Positions 51,356 to 63,203 of a DNA stretch of 64,000 bases are shown here, piece by piece (positions within the stretch are counted from its first letter, which is position 1; every line of letters starts with the position of its first letter). The DNA comes from Eledone cirrhosa (lineage: Eukaryota): contig OZ024742.1 in assembly GCA_964016885.1 (NCBI GenBank), positions 251,348,001-251,412,000 of the forward strand. Direction: 5' to 3'. The notes under the pieces were generated by a model, which was given only the letters and a program-made list of their open reading frames with translations, ran no database searches and had not been told where the DNA came from. The translations under genes were made by a program, and so were the position numbers.

Positions 51356-54300
51356 TTCTTTATTAGCCACAAGGGCGCACAAGAAAAGGGGACAATACAA
51401 AGACATGCCGAGGATTTTACATACAGTCGTGTAAAAAATATAAAAACAAACAATTACAACAATCGAAATCCCCAATAGGGGGGAGGCGCCACAAATGGGT
51501 TGTTTAATACCCCGTCGATAGAACAACCTTCAACTCCAGTAGCGTGTTGTGCAAGTACTCCTTTCTTCCTTTTGCTCTCTTCTTCAACCTACAGGCTTAT
51601 AAACAGAGAAGGCCCAATTACTCGGGCCATTTTCGCTTCATTCACCCGCCTTTCAGTAAATTTACAGTGGTGCAGTGCTTCTCTCTCCACCCTGATTCTC
51701 CTTCTAAAGTAATACATAAAGAAGGGAATCAATTGTTGTCCGGAGAGAAAGGCATCTGTCCTCAGTCCTCTCAACCTCGTCCACCATATAACTTCTTTCA
51801 CCATAGCCACCGTACAGAGGAAAACTGCCTCTCTTTCGTTTTTGAAAGAGGCTGGCGGTTTGATGATCCTTAATATGGACTCAGCAGTCAACTGGATTTG
51901 TCCCATATGCGACAGCAGTTGTTCTGCATAGTTCCACAGGTCGGTTACACCCGGGCAGTGTACAATTGTGTGCAGGACTGTTTCAATGTCCTGCACGCAT
52001 CTTGGACACATCCTCTTGGAAGGATCCCTGCCGGGGCGTCCGTGCCTGTGGATCTTGTCACAAACCGGTAGAGCTCCTCGGTAGCACTGCCAGGCCAGGG
52101 ACCTCTGGAAGTTGTCCATAGATCCCGGGCGGAAAGTCCTACCAAACAGACTGGTGAGCTCATCGTCTTCGACGCCCAGAGTCTCTTCGAGCACGTCGTT
52201 GCCCTTGTAACGTACAATCCCTCTATAGAATGTCGAAGTGGAGTCTTCACTGATTGCTGCACCCGCTTGCCAGAGGACTGTGAGCGCCTGAGCGCATTCA
52301 ATGTGCCACGCGCCCATCGTTTTCGGTCTTTCTTTGACCCAGGACTGCAGCTCCGTCAGCGAGACGAGCTGTGGGAAAGCCTGTCTCACAAACGGTGCCC
52401 ACACCGGTTGGGGGTCGGTGAGGAATACCTGGAGATGCCGCAGCCTCAGCGCATGTTTGCGCATCATCAGCCACGGCATTCCCATCCCTCCGTTGGAAGG
52501 GTGCTGACAGCAGATGGATCTCCTCACCAGCGGAGCCTGCTTCTTCCACAGAAACTGGAAGAGCATGCGTTCCATCTTGGCGAGGTGTTCACGGGGACAA
52601 GGCACGACAGTCAAGCGGGAGTAGATGACGGACGCTATGAAAGTGTTCGCCACCTCACTCAAACTTTCAAGGACAGTTTGCACTCTGCCCACTTCTGGGT
52701 GAGTGCAAACACCTTGGCCGTGACCTCGATCCAGTTTTTCTCCACCTGGAGGTCTGGAACGAACCAGACCCCGAGCAATTTCATCGGTCCGTCCGTCCAG
52801 CGTCCAACGACGCTGTCGGACGTCATCGGTTTGCCTCTCCACGTACCGAGTTGCAAACCGACAGACTTGTCCAGGTTTAGTTTTGCTCCCATCAGCGTTT
52901 TGTATTCTTTCAGTAAGTTGCCGATCACCCCGATTTCCGAGGTGCTCGACACCATTACCGTCACGTCATTGGCATAAGCCGACGCCGCTTTGCGCAGTCC
53001 CGGTTCTAGAGGGATGCCCTGCAACAACTCCAATTTCCGTAGTAGTGGCTCTAGAGTCAATACATACAGAATGGAGGAGAGAGGGCACTCCTGTCGAATG
53101 GAACGCGTGATTGCGAACGGCTCTGATAGGTAGCCGTTCACCTTGACCCTTGAGCAGATGCTGGTGTGCATCGCCTCGATCCATCCTCTGAACACGGGAC
53201 CGAAACCAGCTGCCTTGAGAACCGCTTCCAAGTCTTAGACTGATCCAAGTTGATCAGAGCCCCATCAAAGCCGGGTTTACTACCCACCCTCTCTATGATG
53301 TATCGCATGAGGTGGAGGTTGTCGTGTATGGACTTGGTTGGGATTGCACACGTTTGCGCTTTCCCTACCAGGTTCTCAACAACAAGCGCCAACCTCGTCG
53401 CTAGCACCTTGGCCAATATCTTTAACTCTGTGTTGAGCAGAGTTATGGGCCTGAAATTGTTAATTGTTAATTTCATCCCCCTTGTTCTCATCTTTCCTGA
53501 TCCGCGTTACTACGCCCCTGCCTGCAGAACTGGGAATTCTTCCGTTCTGCTGCCAATTGCAGTGGACGGCTTCGAGGACGCCAGAGAACAAGTCCGGCAT
53601 GCCTATGTAAAACTCATAGGGTAGACCATCTAGACCGGGTGACTTGCGGTTCCCGCAGCGGCCCAGAGCATCCCGTATCTCAGTGTCCGTGATCAGTCTT
53701 TCGCAGAACTCGGCGTCCGTGTTCAAGAGACGCGGCAGGCCGTCGAGGTATGAACTAAAGTCCATTGCCCCGTTCGGCTCACCGTCGTTCTGCTCAAGCA
53801 GTCGCACAAAATGCCGCTGAAAGGCCGCGCACATTTGCTTGGTGTCAAGTAGCACACGTCCGTTTTGGTCTTTCAAAGACCGAATCGTGGACGTGTTGCC
53901 ACTTTTTGCCTCCGCCACTCAGGCCCAGCTGACAGCTTTCGCTCCTTCGTTTCCTAGAGCACGTGTTTTGCTTCTGACCACGCAGCCTTCGTGTTTCGCA
54001 TCGAAGAACTGGTACAGTGCCGTTCTCGACGCTAACACTCTAGCCGCGTTGCCACTTCTAAGTGCCTCCTCTACCTTGGCTACTAGTTCTCTTTCTATTC
54101 TGTTTTTCTATAAGGCTAACTCTCTGCTATAACCTATTGATTCTATTCTAATTGCTTTCTTGAGAGAGTACTACCATCTATTGTTGACGATGGCTCCCAT
54201 TAACTGTTGCTTGACTAGTCTACTTATCCGTTCACTGTAAGCTTTACGTGCCGGCAACGACATGTTCAGCTTCCAGTATCTGGGTCCCTGTCTATGTATT

Positions 54301-56168
54301 CTATCACGGTTGACTAAGCAGATGACTAACTTGTGATCTGAATAGGCAACCATGTGCATTCGTGGACAGCTTAACATCTCCTTGTCCCTTTCTCTAATGA
54401 AGAACCTATCTAAATACGATCTAGATGTCCCACTGCGGTTTTCCCACGTCCACTGTGGTGCAGTCGGGAAATCCAGTCGATACCTATCGGCCAGTTGGAA
54501 TTGGCCGATTAAAGTTTTGAGGCAGGCTGTTGCACCCCGCTCTACTGGGACATGCTCCCACATAGTCCCATCGTGCATCTAGGATACCATTCCAGTCCCC
54601 CACTAAAAGTAAGGAGCGAGACGTTCCCAGAAAAGACTCTAGACGCTTAAAGAAGTCTCGCCGTGATTGCGATTGCCCGGTCGAGCATAAACGGCCACCA
54701 GTCTGAAGGCTCCACCTCCAATACTGTTTACGTCTAGGACTACCAGTCTACCCTCCGGGTCCAAATGTACTTGCTGTACTTCGACGTCCAGGTTCTTCCG
54801 AAACATGACAGCCACTCCCACTCCCCCTCCTGGCTGACAGAGAGATGCGTAGATCTCAAAGTCGTCGAAGATGGGGGTTATTTGCTGCCTGTTGTGGATC
54901 CTGGACTCGGTGATGGCTATCACATCCATACTGTGTGACCTAAAGTCGTTTAAAAGTTGGCCCTGTTCCAGGGCATCCCTAGGCCATGCACATTCACGGT
55001 TCCAACTCGTAAACTAGCCATGTTGGTGAAGAAAAGTTGGAGAAAAAGGACGAAAGGTGCACTTACCTTTTCGTTTCCTGGAGATCGGGTTGTTCAATCT
55101 CCATTTGGGTGCTGGATGGGGGTGTTGGGTGGGGTGGGGAAACATTTTAACAGGACGCGGTTGATGGGTTTGTTGCAGGGGTTGCCCACGTCCTGTGAAA
55201 ATTTATTTTTTAGGTCATTATAGGTTTCCATAGAAACCCTTATAAGGTAGGGGTATGTTGTGTGGTGGTAGTGTTTCGGTGTGTGTGTTTGTGGTAGTGT
55301 TTGATGGAGTGGGATGGAGTGGGGCTGTGTTCTTCAGGGGTGTTGTCTCTGTTTTTTCTGTTATTGTTGGTTGAGTGTGTTTGTTTTGGTGTGGTTGCTC
55401 GTTTCATCTGTCGTACTTGTGGTGGTGGTGGTGGTTGTTTTGGTGTTGGTAATAGTGTTTTTTTAATGATGTTGTTGTTGTGTGTTTGTGGACAAGAGGC
55501 TTTTAGGTGTGCTGTGCTACCACAGCGAAAGCAATGAAATTTTCGTCCTTCTACCAAAATGTTTATTTTGTTGTTATTATCGTTGACGACTCTTTCGGGT
55601 ATTTTGGAGATTCTCTCCGGTTTCATCGCAACAGAATCTCCAAATCTGTACTCGCCCACCTTTGTCGAATAGATTTTCGTATCGAAAGAATCATCAGTTT
55701 CTGGCTCTACGAAGCCAGCCAAGATCCACCAGATGTTAATGTTTGGGGGTATGTTTTTTATTTTTATTTTTTGTCCTTTTTCCCATGTATGTAGGGAAAA
55801 AGGTGTATGCTTTTGACACCATTGGTGTCACAGAATATTTTTGATGAGTGTCTCGCTTTTAAACAGTACGGAAACAGTTCCGTACTGTTTTCCTCGCTGG
55901 AGAAAATCAATATTTGCTAGAATTTCCTTGAAAGTAGCTTCTATATCTGCTTGGCTAACAAATGTCGGCTTTCTTGTGGAATTTTACACAGTCCTAAAGG
56001 TGACTGATCGGCGAATTGTGTCTTCCTTTATTTCAAGGGGTGAATTAATTCTAAATCCACCTCTTTCTTCGAAAGTTACAAATTTTCTCCCTTGCTGGAG
56101 CATATCTCTTGCGTTGGAGATATCAAGATTTATAAAATCTTGTTTTTTGTTCACTGTTTCAGCGAACA
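51352..56168 (-). mobile_element. Near full-length Tx1/L1-clade LINE, decayed
   Basis: ORF1 with CFRCGSTAHLKASC knuckle; ORF2 from ATG at 55021 (MASLRVGTVNV, AITES, YLDRFF, SDH, WKLN endonuclease; KSPGLDG, NFRPITLLNTELKIL, RQECPLS, YANDV RT; CPRC...ET..H...HC C-terminus); AATAAA and microsatellite tail. Confidence 0.93.
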
Positions 56169-56178
56169 TATATATATA

Positions 56179-57015
56179 TGCAAAAGGCAAACAGAAATAA
56201 CAAAGCCAACATCACAGTACAATGAAGAAATATATTATTAGTATGCTTGATATAGTAGGAAAAGAGTCTTAACATTTCAGATGCTAGTCCTTCATCAGAA
56301 GATAGAATGAGAAATTAGAGAAGAAATAGAAAGATTGAGGAGACAAGCAGGGCGGAAATGGAAAAAAATGTTCAGAGAGAGATAACAGGTCCATTCATGT
56401 TGCCATCTCTTGGAAAACTCTTAATGCTGGCATTTTGTGTTTGATATACTTTCTTTGAAAAGGTGATGATGGAGCGCGTCTATCTGAAAGGGAAAAAAAA
56501 AGCTGTTTTGTATATAGAGCTGTATGTGTGTGCATGCGTATATGTATGTGTGTGTGTTTTGTTTTATACGTCCATATGAAGCTGTGACCAATTGTATGTT
56601 TATATAAGAGTGTGAGTGCATGTACAGAGCTGCAAATGTAAATATAGAAGTGTGTGCACGTTTTTTGTTGGTTTGTATAAGCTGTAAGAGTGTATGTTTG
56701 AGACCTTAACAGGGCCATAGGAATCTAGGGGGTCAATGTATGCGCACGCGCGGGTGTATGTGACAAGACGGAGTAAAGGTGTCAGTGGCAAGTGGTAGAG
56801 AAGTAAGCATGAGTATATGTGTGTAAGATTAAAGAAATTGGGGACGGAAGTTGAGTCATTGGGGAAACTGGACCCAAGACAAGGCCTGTGATCCATGATG
56901 TAAAAGGACACCAAGGACTGAGAAATATAGGGAAGAGTGGCCTGGGGTATGGAAATGACAAGTGACGGGAGTATTCATACGGAGTCATATGTCCCTCAAA
57001 TGTTCAACAAAATGG
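56179..57015 (-). mobile_element. Penelope-like 3' end: GIY-YIG C-terminus, UTR, hammerhead relic
   Basis: Minus strand FVEHLRDI*LRMNTPVTCHFHTPGHS...SVLGV near 57015-56900; terminal segment shared with 7217-7340. Confidence 0.7.
56267..56302 (-). ncRNA. Minimal type I hammerhead ribozyme relic
   Basis: TCTT CTGATGAA GGA-CTAGCA-TCT GAAA TGTT AAGA: CUGAUGA and GAAA cores, stem I UCUU/AAGA. Confidence 0.7.
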
Positions 57016-57039
57016 TCTATATATATACATATATGTGTA

Positions 57040-57352
57040 TAGTGTACCCTGGCATGCGTGGAATTTTCTTTCGAACCTAATTAATAATTGTTCCTGGAAG
57101 CCACTGCATATTCGTGAAATCATAAATATCTTCCGCGATTTTTGAATGGCTTTTTTTGTGACAATATATATTTTTTCACGCTTTTTATTGCTAAATTATT
57201 GATAACAATATACCCTATTTTCCAGCCTATATTTTATGTTATGTTTTCACGTATATATATGCATCTTTATGAGCCACGTCCAGTATTCACATTTTTTCAC
57301 TCTTCGCAGGGGTTCTAGGAATGTAACCCCTATGTATACCGGGGGACAACTG
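57040..57352. mobile_element. MITE-like DNA transposon relic (Tc1/pogo type)
   Basis: Imperfect TIRs AGTGTACCCTGGCATGCGTGG ... CCTATGTATACCGGGGGACAACTG. Confidence 0.45.
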
Positions 57353-57360
57353 TGTGTGTG

Positions 57361-57391
<31 letters not shown>

Positions 57392-57816
57392 GGGAGGAGG
57401 GGTGAGTGAGAGAGAGAGTGAGGGGGGAAGAGTGAGAGAGAGTGAGGAGGAAAGAGTTAGAGAGAGAGAGAGAGAGTGAGAGAGAGAAATAAATGCTAAA
57501 TGGTCGCCATGCTGTCCATGGGCTGCAGTATGCCCATGATTGCTATATAAAGTGGTTTAGCATTATGTAGAGCATCCAGAATTAGAAAATATTCCCAAAA
57601 TGAACATATTGATGGAACGTGGTATCCTGATCCATCTAAGTTGACAGTAGCTCTGATAATGTGCTAACTTGGTCTGTAATGACCCAGCCAACCCATGCTA
57701 CCATAGAAAGCAAATGTAAAAGAAGAATTATGATGAGTCAATAATAATAATAATAATAATAAAAAGCATTTTTAGAGCTTTATTTGATTTTTTTTTTTTT
57801 TTTTTTTTTTTTTCAG

Positions 57817-57978
57817 TGGGTGGTGAATGTTATACATTTGGTTCAAACCAGTTTGGTCAGTTGGGTTATGAAACAGAATTTTCTTGTCGTAGCCAACCTT
57901 GCCAAGTTGAAAGCTTACAGTCTTACATATCCTCTGCTGTAGCCTGTGGGGATACATACACTATAGCAGTGACAGAAG
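57817..57978 (+). CDS. NEK8: NEK8-like exon D (V-GGECYTFGSNQFGQLGYETEFSCRSQPCQVESLQSYISSAVACGDTYTIAVTE)
   Basis: Long T tract and CAG at 57814-57816, AAG|GTAAGT at 57979; 162 nt, phase 1 to 1; RCC1 motif G.CYTFGSNQ.GQLG. Confidence 0.93.
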
Positions 57979-58439
57979 GTAAGTATTGTTGCTGCCCAGC
58001 TGAGAATAAAGGCATTTAATTCTTTTGTGGCTGTATTGCTATTAAAATACACTATTTAAATTATATGATAAAGAGTTTTGAGAGATTTATTTACTAAAAT
58101 TAGTTATTATTTCATTACTAAAATAGTAACTTAATAAAAGATTCTAATATGAAATTATGTTGGAAGATTTTAATCTAAATCAGAACCCTTTAATATATGT
58201 GGTTTTGTTTCATAGAGCCATAGTTTCATGGAGTTAAGAAGGAAAAATAAATACAAATCAAGTGATGCTGTTGTATTGAAGTAAGCAATGCCTAAATGTG
58301 GGCTGCTACATAGCTACTACTGTAGCATGTGGTGATAAAAAGAAACTATTCAAAGGTGATCAAAGAAGGTATTACTCAAATCTGTAGCTTAGGCAAATCT
58401 AGATCTGTCTATGTATTGTGACTTCATAAAAGTTTAAAA

Positions 58440-58870
58440 TAATTGTTTCTACTTTTGGCACAAGGCCAGCAAATTACCCAGTATATTACTGGTACTTTAT
58501 TTTATCAACCCCATAAGGATGAAAGGCAAAGTTAACCTCAGCAGGATTTGAACTCAGACCATAAAGGGACGTAACTATGCTGGAAAGCATGGCATCCGAC
58601 TCTCTACCGATACTGCCAATCCAAAAATAATGATATTTACTTTAAGACAAAAAAATAATTGGTTTCTAATTTAGGCACAATGCCAGCAATTTGAGGGGAA
58701 GGAAAGTTGATTAAATCAACCTCGGTGTGTTACTGATACTTTATTTGATCGACCTTAGAAATATGACTGGCAAAGTTGACTGTGGCCAGATTTGAACTCA
58801 GAACATAACGATCCATATATAACTCATTACTGCAATGGCATTTTATCTGGCACTCTACCAATTCAGTCAA
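58440..58870 (-). mobile_element. Two tandem SINE family 2 copies (58440-58625 younger, 58655-58870 older)
   Basis: TTT(T/A)GGCACAA.GCCAGCAA...CT(G)GTACTTTATTT...GGCAAAGTT.AC...GATTTGAACTCAGA. Confidence 0.8.
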
Positions 58871-58883
58871 TACAATCTTCCCT

Positions 58884-59125
58884 AGTGAGGCTGTTGTACT
58901 GAGTTAGGCAATATCTGAGGGTGGGCAGTTTTAGTGGGTTAAGTAATGCCTGGGTGTGAATTGTTTTACGGAGGTAAGCAGTGTTTATGTGTAGGGAGTT
59001 TTAGTGAAATAACTAATATCTGAGGGTGGGCTGTTATACTGAGGTAGGCAATGTCTGTAAAGAGAGCTGTTTTATTGAGGTAAGGAATGTGAGAAATGGC
59101 AGTTTTGCTGAGGTAAGCTATACCT
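58884..59125. repeat. Degenerate ~36-bp tandem repeat (~7 units)
   Basis: Recurrent GCTGTT.TACTGAGGTA(A/G)GCAAT.TCTG; related solo unit at 58262-58308. Confidence 0.65.
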
Positions 59126-60512
59126 GTAACTAAAATGAATGCCAAAACAAATACATTGATATATAATTCATTTTGATTGCTTCTGTTTCCTCTGGAATTA
59201 CAAGAAAAATGTTGTAATTATTGAATAATTATCAAATAATTAATTCATCAAGATTGATGAAGTAATTATTGATTTTGGCCACACAAGATATCTAAGTCTT
59301 GTTTGTGGTAGATTTTTCTGGAACATGGAATTTATGAAGCATGATATAGTTATCCAACCATGTGTTGCCTCAGACTATGATGATTTGTCCAACCTATACC
59401 AGCGTAGAAAAAGGACTTAAAGTGATGATGATGATAATGTGTCTTATGATAGGGTTTAGCTAGATATCTAAATCTTGTTTATGGTAGATTTTTCTGGAAC
59501 AGGCAATGTCCTATTACAGTGATGAGCTCAAAGCCAGCACCTGGGTATTTAGCACCCTAGCTTGGCCCTATAATGTCACATTCTCCCAAATAATATAATT
59601 TTAACTTAACGCTTTAGCATTTACATTACTCCATATTTACTATTATATTTTTATGGTAAAGGCTTTATCTCACATAATTATCTCACATAAATAATATCAA
59701 ATCTATGAGATTTTGATATTATATATTTTGAGAAGAATACCTAAACATCAGCATGAGTGGCTGGTTACAACCAGTTTGAACAGAAAGAAGTGAGAGAATT
59801 CTGGCCAGATATGGCCAGTTTAAATGCTAAAGGGTTAAGCATGGAAAATAAGATGTTAAATGGTGATGATGATGATGATGAGTTTGGCAAGCTGCTAAAC
59901 CTAGTTTTTGACACTTCTTGCTCTGAGCACACTACAAAAATTAATAAGCCAAATCATGTTACTGGTTATAAATACCATGTGACCCTTTCCACTGTTATCT
60001 GACAAAGATGTTTAGTAATGTACTTATTGATTGTAGGAAATTATCATATATTTAATTTGATTGTACAAATTTGTATAAAACTGTGATCCTTTAAGGTTCA
60101 GTAAAGTGCCTATCTGAAACGTGTGCCTAGTTGGCCTTAGTGGTAGCATCAGCCCAGGGTTAGCTAGATTGTTCTGGAATATGGTGTGTCTTATTATAGT
60201 GCTAGATGTTGGTTATGAGTATCACCTGGACTTTTTCAGTGACTTTATGGCACAACGAAGAGGGAGAATATGTCATTTCATGAATTTTAGAAAAAAAAGG
60301 AGAAAAAACATGACATAGTATTATCTCCTTCCAACAAACTAAAGTAGAGTGAGTACTCACAATGAAATCAGTCTATTGCAAACATTGGGACTAGGTTTCT
60401 AGTTTGAGAATAACTTCCTCTCTCTGTCCCACTAGTCTCAGAGGACCTTAAAACTTTCATGGACTTTGCCAATCCTTCACTGACTAAACAACAGTAAATG
60501 CTGCTGCTGCTG

Positions 60513-60590
60513 TCTTCTTCTTCTTCTTCTTCTTCTTCTTCTTCTTCTTCTTCTTCTTCTTCTTCTTCTTCTTCTTCTTCTTCTTCTTCT
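60513..60590. repeat. (TTC)n microsatellite
   Basis: Direct reading. Confidence 0.95.
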
Positions 60591-60594
60591 ATTG

Positions 60595-60760
60595 ATGGCA
60601 GTATCGGTAGAAGGTCGGACTTTGCAGCAAAGAGTTGCGGCCCTTTATGGTCTGAGTTAACTTTCCCTTTCATCCTTATGGGGTCGATGAAATAAAGTAC
60701 CAGTAATACACTGTGATAAATGCTGGCCTTGTGCCAAAAGTAAAAATAATTATTATTGTT
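60595..60760 (+). mobile_element. SINE, family 2
   Basis: Family core GGGGTCGATGAAATAAAGTACCAG. Confidence 0.8.
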
Positions 60761-61318
60761 ATTGTTTCTCCTTTTCCGTTATATGCTGAGTGTCTTCCTG
60801 ACACCTAGGGCAAATAAACTCACTGTATACATTGGTTTGCCAGTTAACAGACCACATTGATTATCATTTACAACTTAAACCCCCCTCCCCCAAAAAAACA
60901 TATATATATATATATATATATTTTTATAGTGCTTGCTGAGATCAAAATGCGGTATTTTCTTCCACTTTTTCATTATTCGAAACATATTTGGATTTTAAGG
61001 TTTAAACCTGTCCACGGAACAGGTTTGATTTTGAAATTTAAATTTGTCCAAGCACTACGGCCATTGCCAGTACAATTTGTTTTTGTTGATTTATGATGTA
61101 TTATCTTAAGTCATGATAGGCAAACTGTAATATTATTATTAGTATATTTCTATCTAGCTAACTTGGTCATTTACAATACAAACATAAATATGAGGATATT
61201 TGTGTTTATCAAATATATTGATTTGTGTTAACCTATATTCACGGCTCAGAAATACTCTTTCTTTCTTCGAGCTATTTCATTGTAAATGATCGCCTGAGAT
61301 TTGAACTCATTATTATTG

Positions 61319-61372
<54 letters not shown>

Positions 61373-61440
61373 TATATATACTCACACACAGATCCACACA
61401 CATACGCATACACATAAACCCTCCCTTCCCCCCGAAAAAC

Positions 61441-61475
<35 letters not shown>

Positions 61476-61499
61476 TACACACTCATCCACACATACATA

Positions 61500-61860
61500 C
61501 ATGGAGCGATATCATTCTTACAGAGATAGTGCTCTTCTCGATATGTGTGCAGTACCAGTCAAAACAATTTTTTGAACCTCTTGCAGAGAGGGTAAACCAG
61601 GGATCATTCTCCAATACTGTTCTGTTTCTTTCTTGATCATTCCCAGTCCTCCCACAATCACTGGTATTGTAATGGCCTTGAGGTGCCACAATTTTTCAAT
61701 TTCAATGAGCAGATCTTTATATTTTCTTAGTTTGTCAAATTCTTTTGCCGTGATATTGTGATCACATGGGATGGTCATATCAATCAACAAACAGACCTTG
61801 CTATGTTGGTTTTTTACAATCATATCTGATCTTGTTGGTCTTTTGCAATGATATCTGGTC
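61500..61860 (-). mobile_element. R4/Dong-like non-LTR fragment (restriction-like endonuclease end)
   Basis: R.DMIV...K.CLLIDMTIP.D.N...KE.DK..KYKDL..EI..LW......PVIVG.LG motif. Confidence 0.8.
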
Positions 61861-61879
61861 TTATTATTATGGCAGAGAA

Positions 61880-62066
61880 TTGGCAGTAGCAGTAGAGGGT
61901 CGGATGCCATGCTTTCCAGCATAGTTACGTCCCTTTACAGTCTGAGTTCAAATCCCGTCGAGGTTAACTTTGCCTTTCATCCTTACGGGGTTCAATAAAA
62001 TAAAGTACCAGTAATGCACTGGGTAATTGCTGGCCTTGTGCTGCCTAAAATAGAAACAATTATTAT
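61880..62066 (+). mobile_element. SINE, family 2
   Basis: Near-identical to 43640-43800. Confidence 0.85.
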
Positions 62067-62074
62067 GGGAGTAC

Positions 62075-62781
62075 CATCAGCCAGGCCTGTCCAAGATGCA
62101 CGTTGGGTTATGAGACTGTCCTGCATGCACTTGTCCAGTGTCCAAGCATTGCTGATTTGTGGGCTTATGTCGAACATCTGCTGTCGTGTGTAGGATGGAT
62201 CTGGATATCAGCTGAGTCCATCGTGAAGATTGCCCCGCCAACCTCATTTAATCAGGAGGGCCAGGCAGTTTTTATTTGGCCATGGTAAAAGAGATTGTAT
62301 GGTGAACGCGTCAGAAAGGGTTAAAGACAGGTACTTTCTTCTTCAGCAACGCCATCATTAACTTTTTCAGGTTTCACCTAAAAAGGATAATCAGGGTGGA
62401 GAGGGAAGTGCTGCCTTCCAGCCAGTTTGTTGAAAGGTGGGTGAGAGAGGCAAGAATGGTCCATGACAATGGGCCTGCCCTGAGCGTGTGCCTGTAGTAT
62501 CAGGGGAGGAAAACTGGGAGAGGGCGCTTGCTCTAGTGGTCAGGGTGGCCGTGGCTTTTTTGTGGGTTTTCTCCATGAGTGACCCTCAGAAGTCTCCCCC
62601 CTATTGGGGAATTTTTCCTTGTTTCATTTTTTTTGTTACATCCTTTGTTTTTATTTTTTATATATATAATTTTGTTTTTGTTTTTTTACACGCAGAAATG
62701 CTCATTTGTATTGTCCTGTGTTGTCCTTAATGTTATACTTTATGTCAACCCTTGTAGTTAATAAAGAAAATATTATTATTA
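62075..62781 (+). mobile_element. Tx1-clade LINE 3' fragment
   Basis: ETVLHALVQCPSIADLWAYVEHLLS..AESI.KI.PP.SF matches the C-terminus at 51589-52000; AATAAAGAAA and (ATT)n. Confidence 0.85.
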
Positions 62782-62793
62782 GTAGTAAGTTTA

Positions 62794-63147
62794 TTGAAAG
62801 GTGAGTGAAAGTGGCAAGTCTTTCCCCCGGGGGTCACTCATGGCAAAAACCACACAAAAGACCATGGCCACCTGACCACCAGAGCAAGTGCCCTCTCTCT
62901 GTTCTCCCACTCTTCAGTCTACAGGCACATACTCAGAGCAGGCCTGTTCACTCGGACCAGACTCGCCACTTTCACCCACCTATTAGGGAATTTTTGTTGT
63001 TTGAATTTTTTAATTTCTTTTTACACATTTCTATTTTCTTGTTATAACCTTTTTACACAGCCAAAACCCACTTTGTATCGTCCTGTACCATTCTGTGCCA
63101 TCTGTAATGTTTTTCTTCATGTTAGCCCTTGTGGCCAATAAAGAAAC

Positions 63148-63199
<52 letters not shown>
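62794..63199 (+). mobile_element. Second Tx1 3' end with internal inversion and long (ATT)n tail
   Basis: 62822-62980 is reverse-complementary to ~62437-62595; ends CTTGTGGCCAATAAAGAAACC(ATT)n. Confidence 0.75.
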
Positions 63200-63200
<1 letters not shown>

Positions 63201-63203
63201 CAG

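Noticed and set aside
60368-60695. Poly-Glu / poly-Ser ORFs
   Set aside because: Translation of a (TTC)n microsatellite
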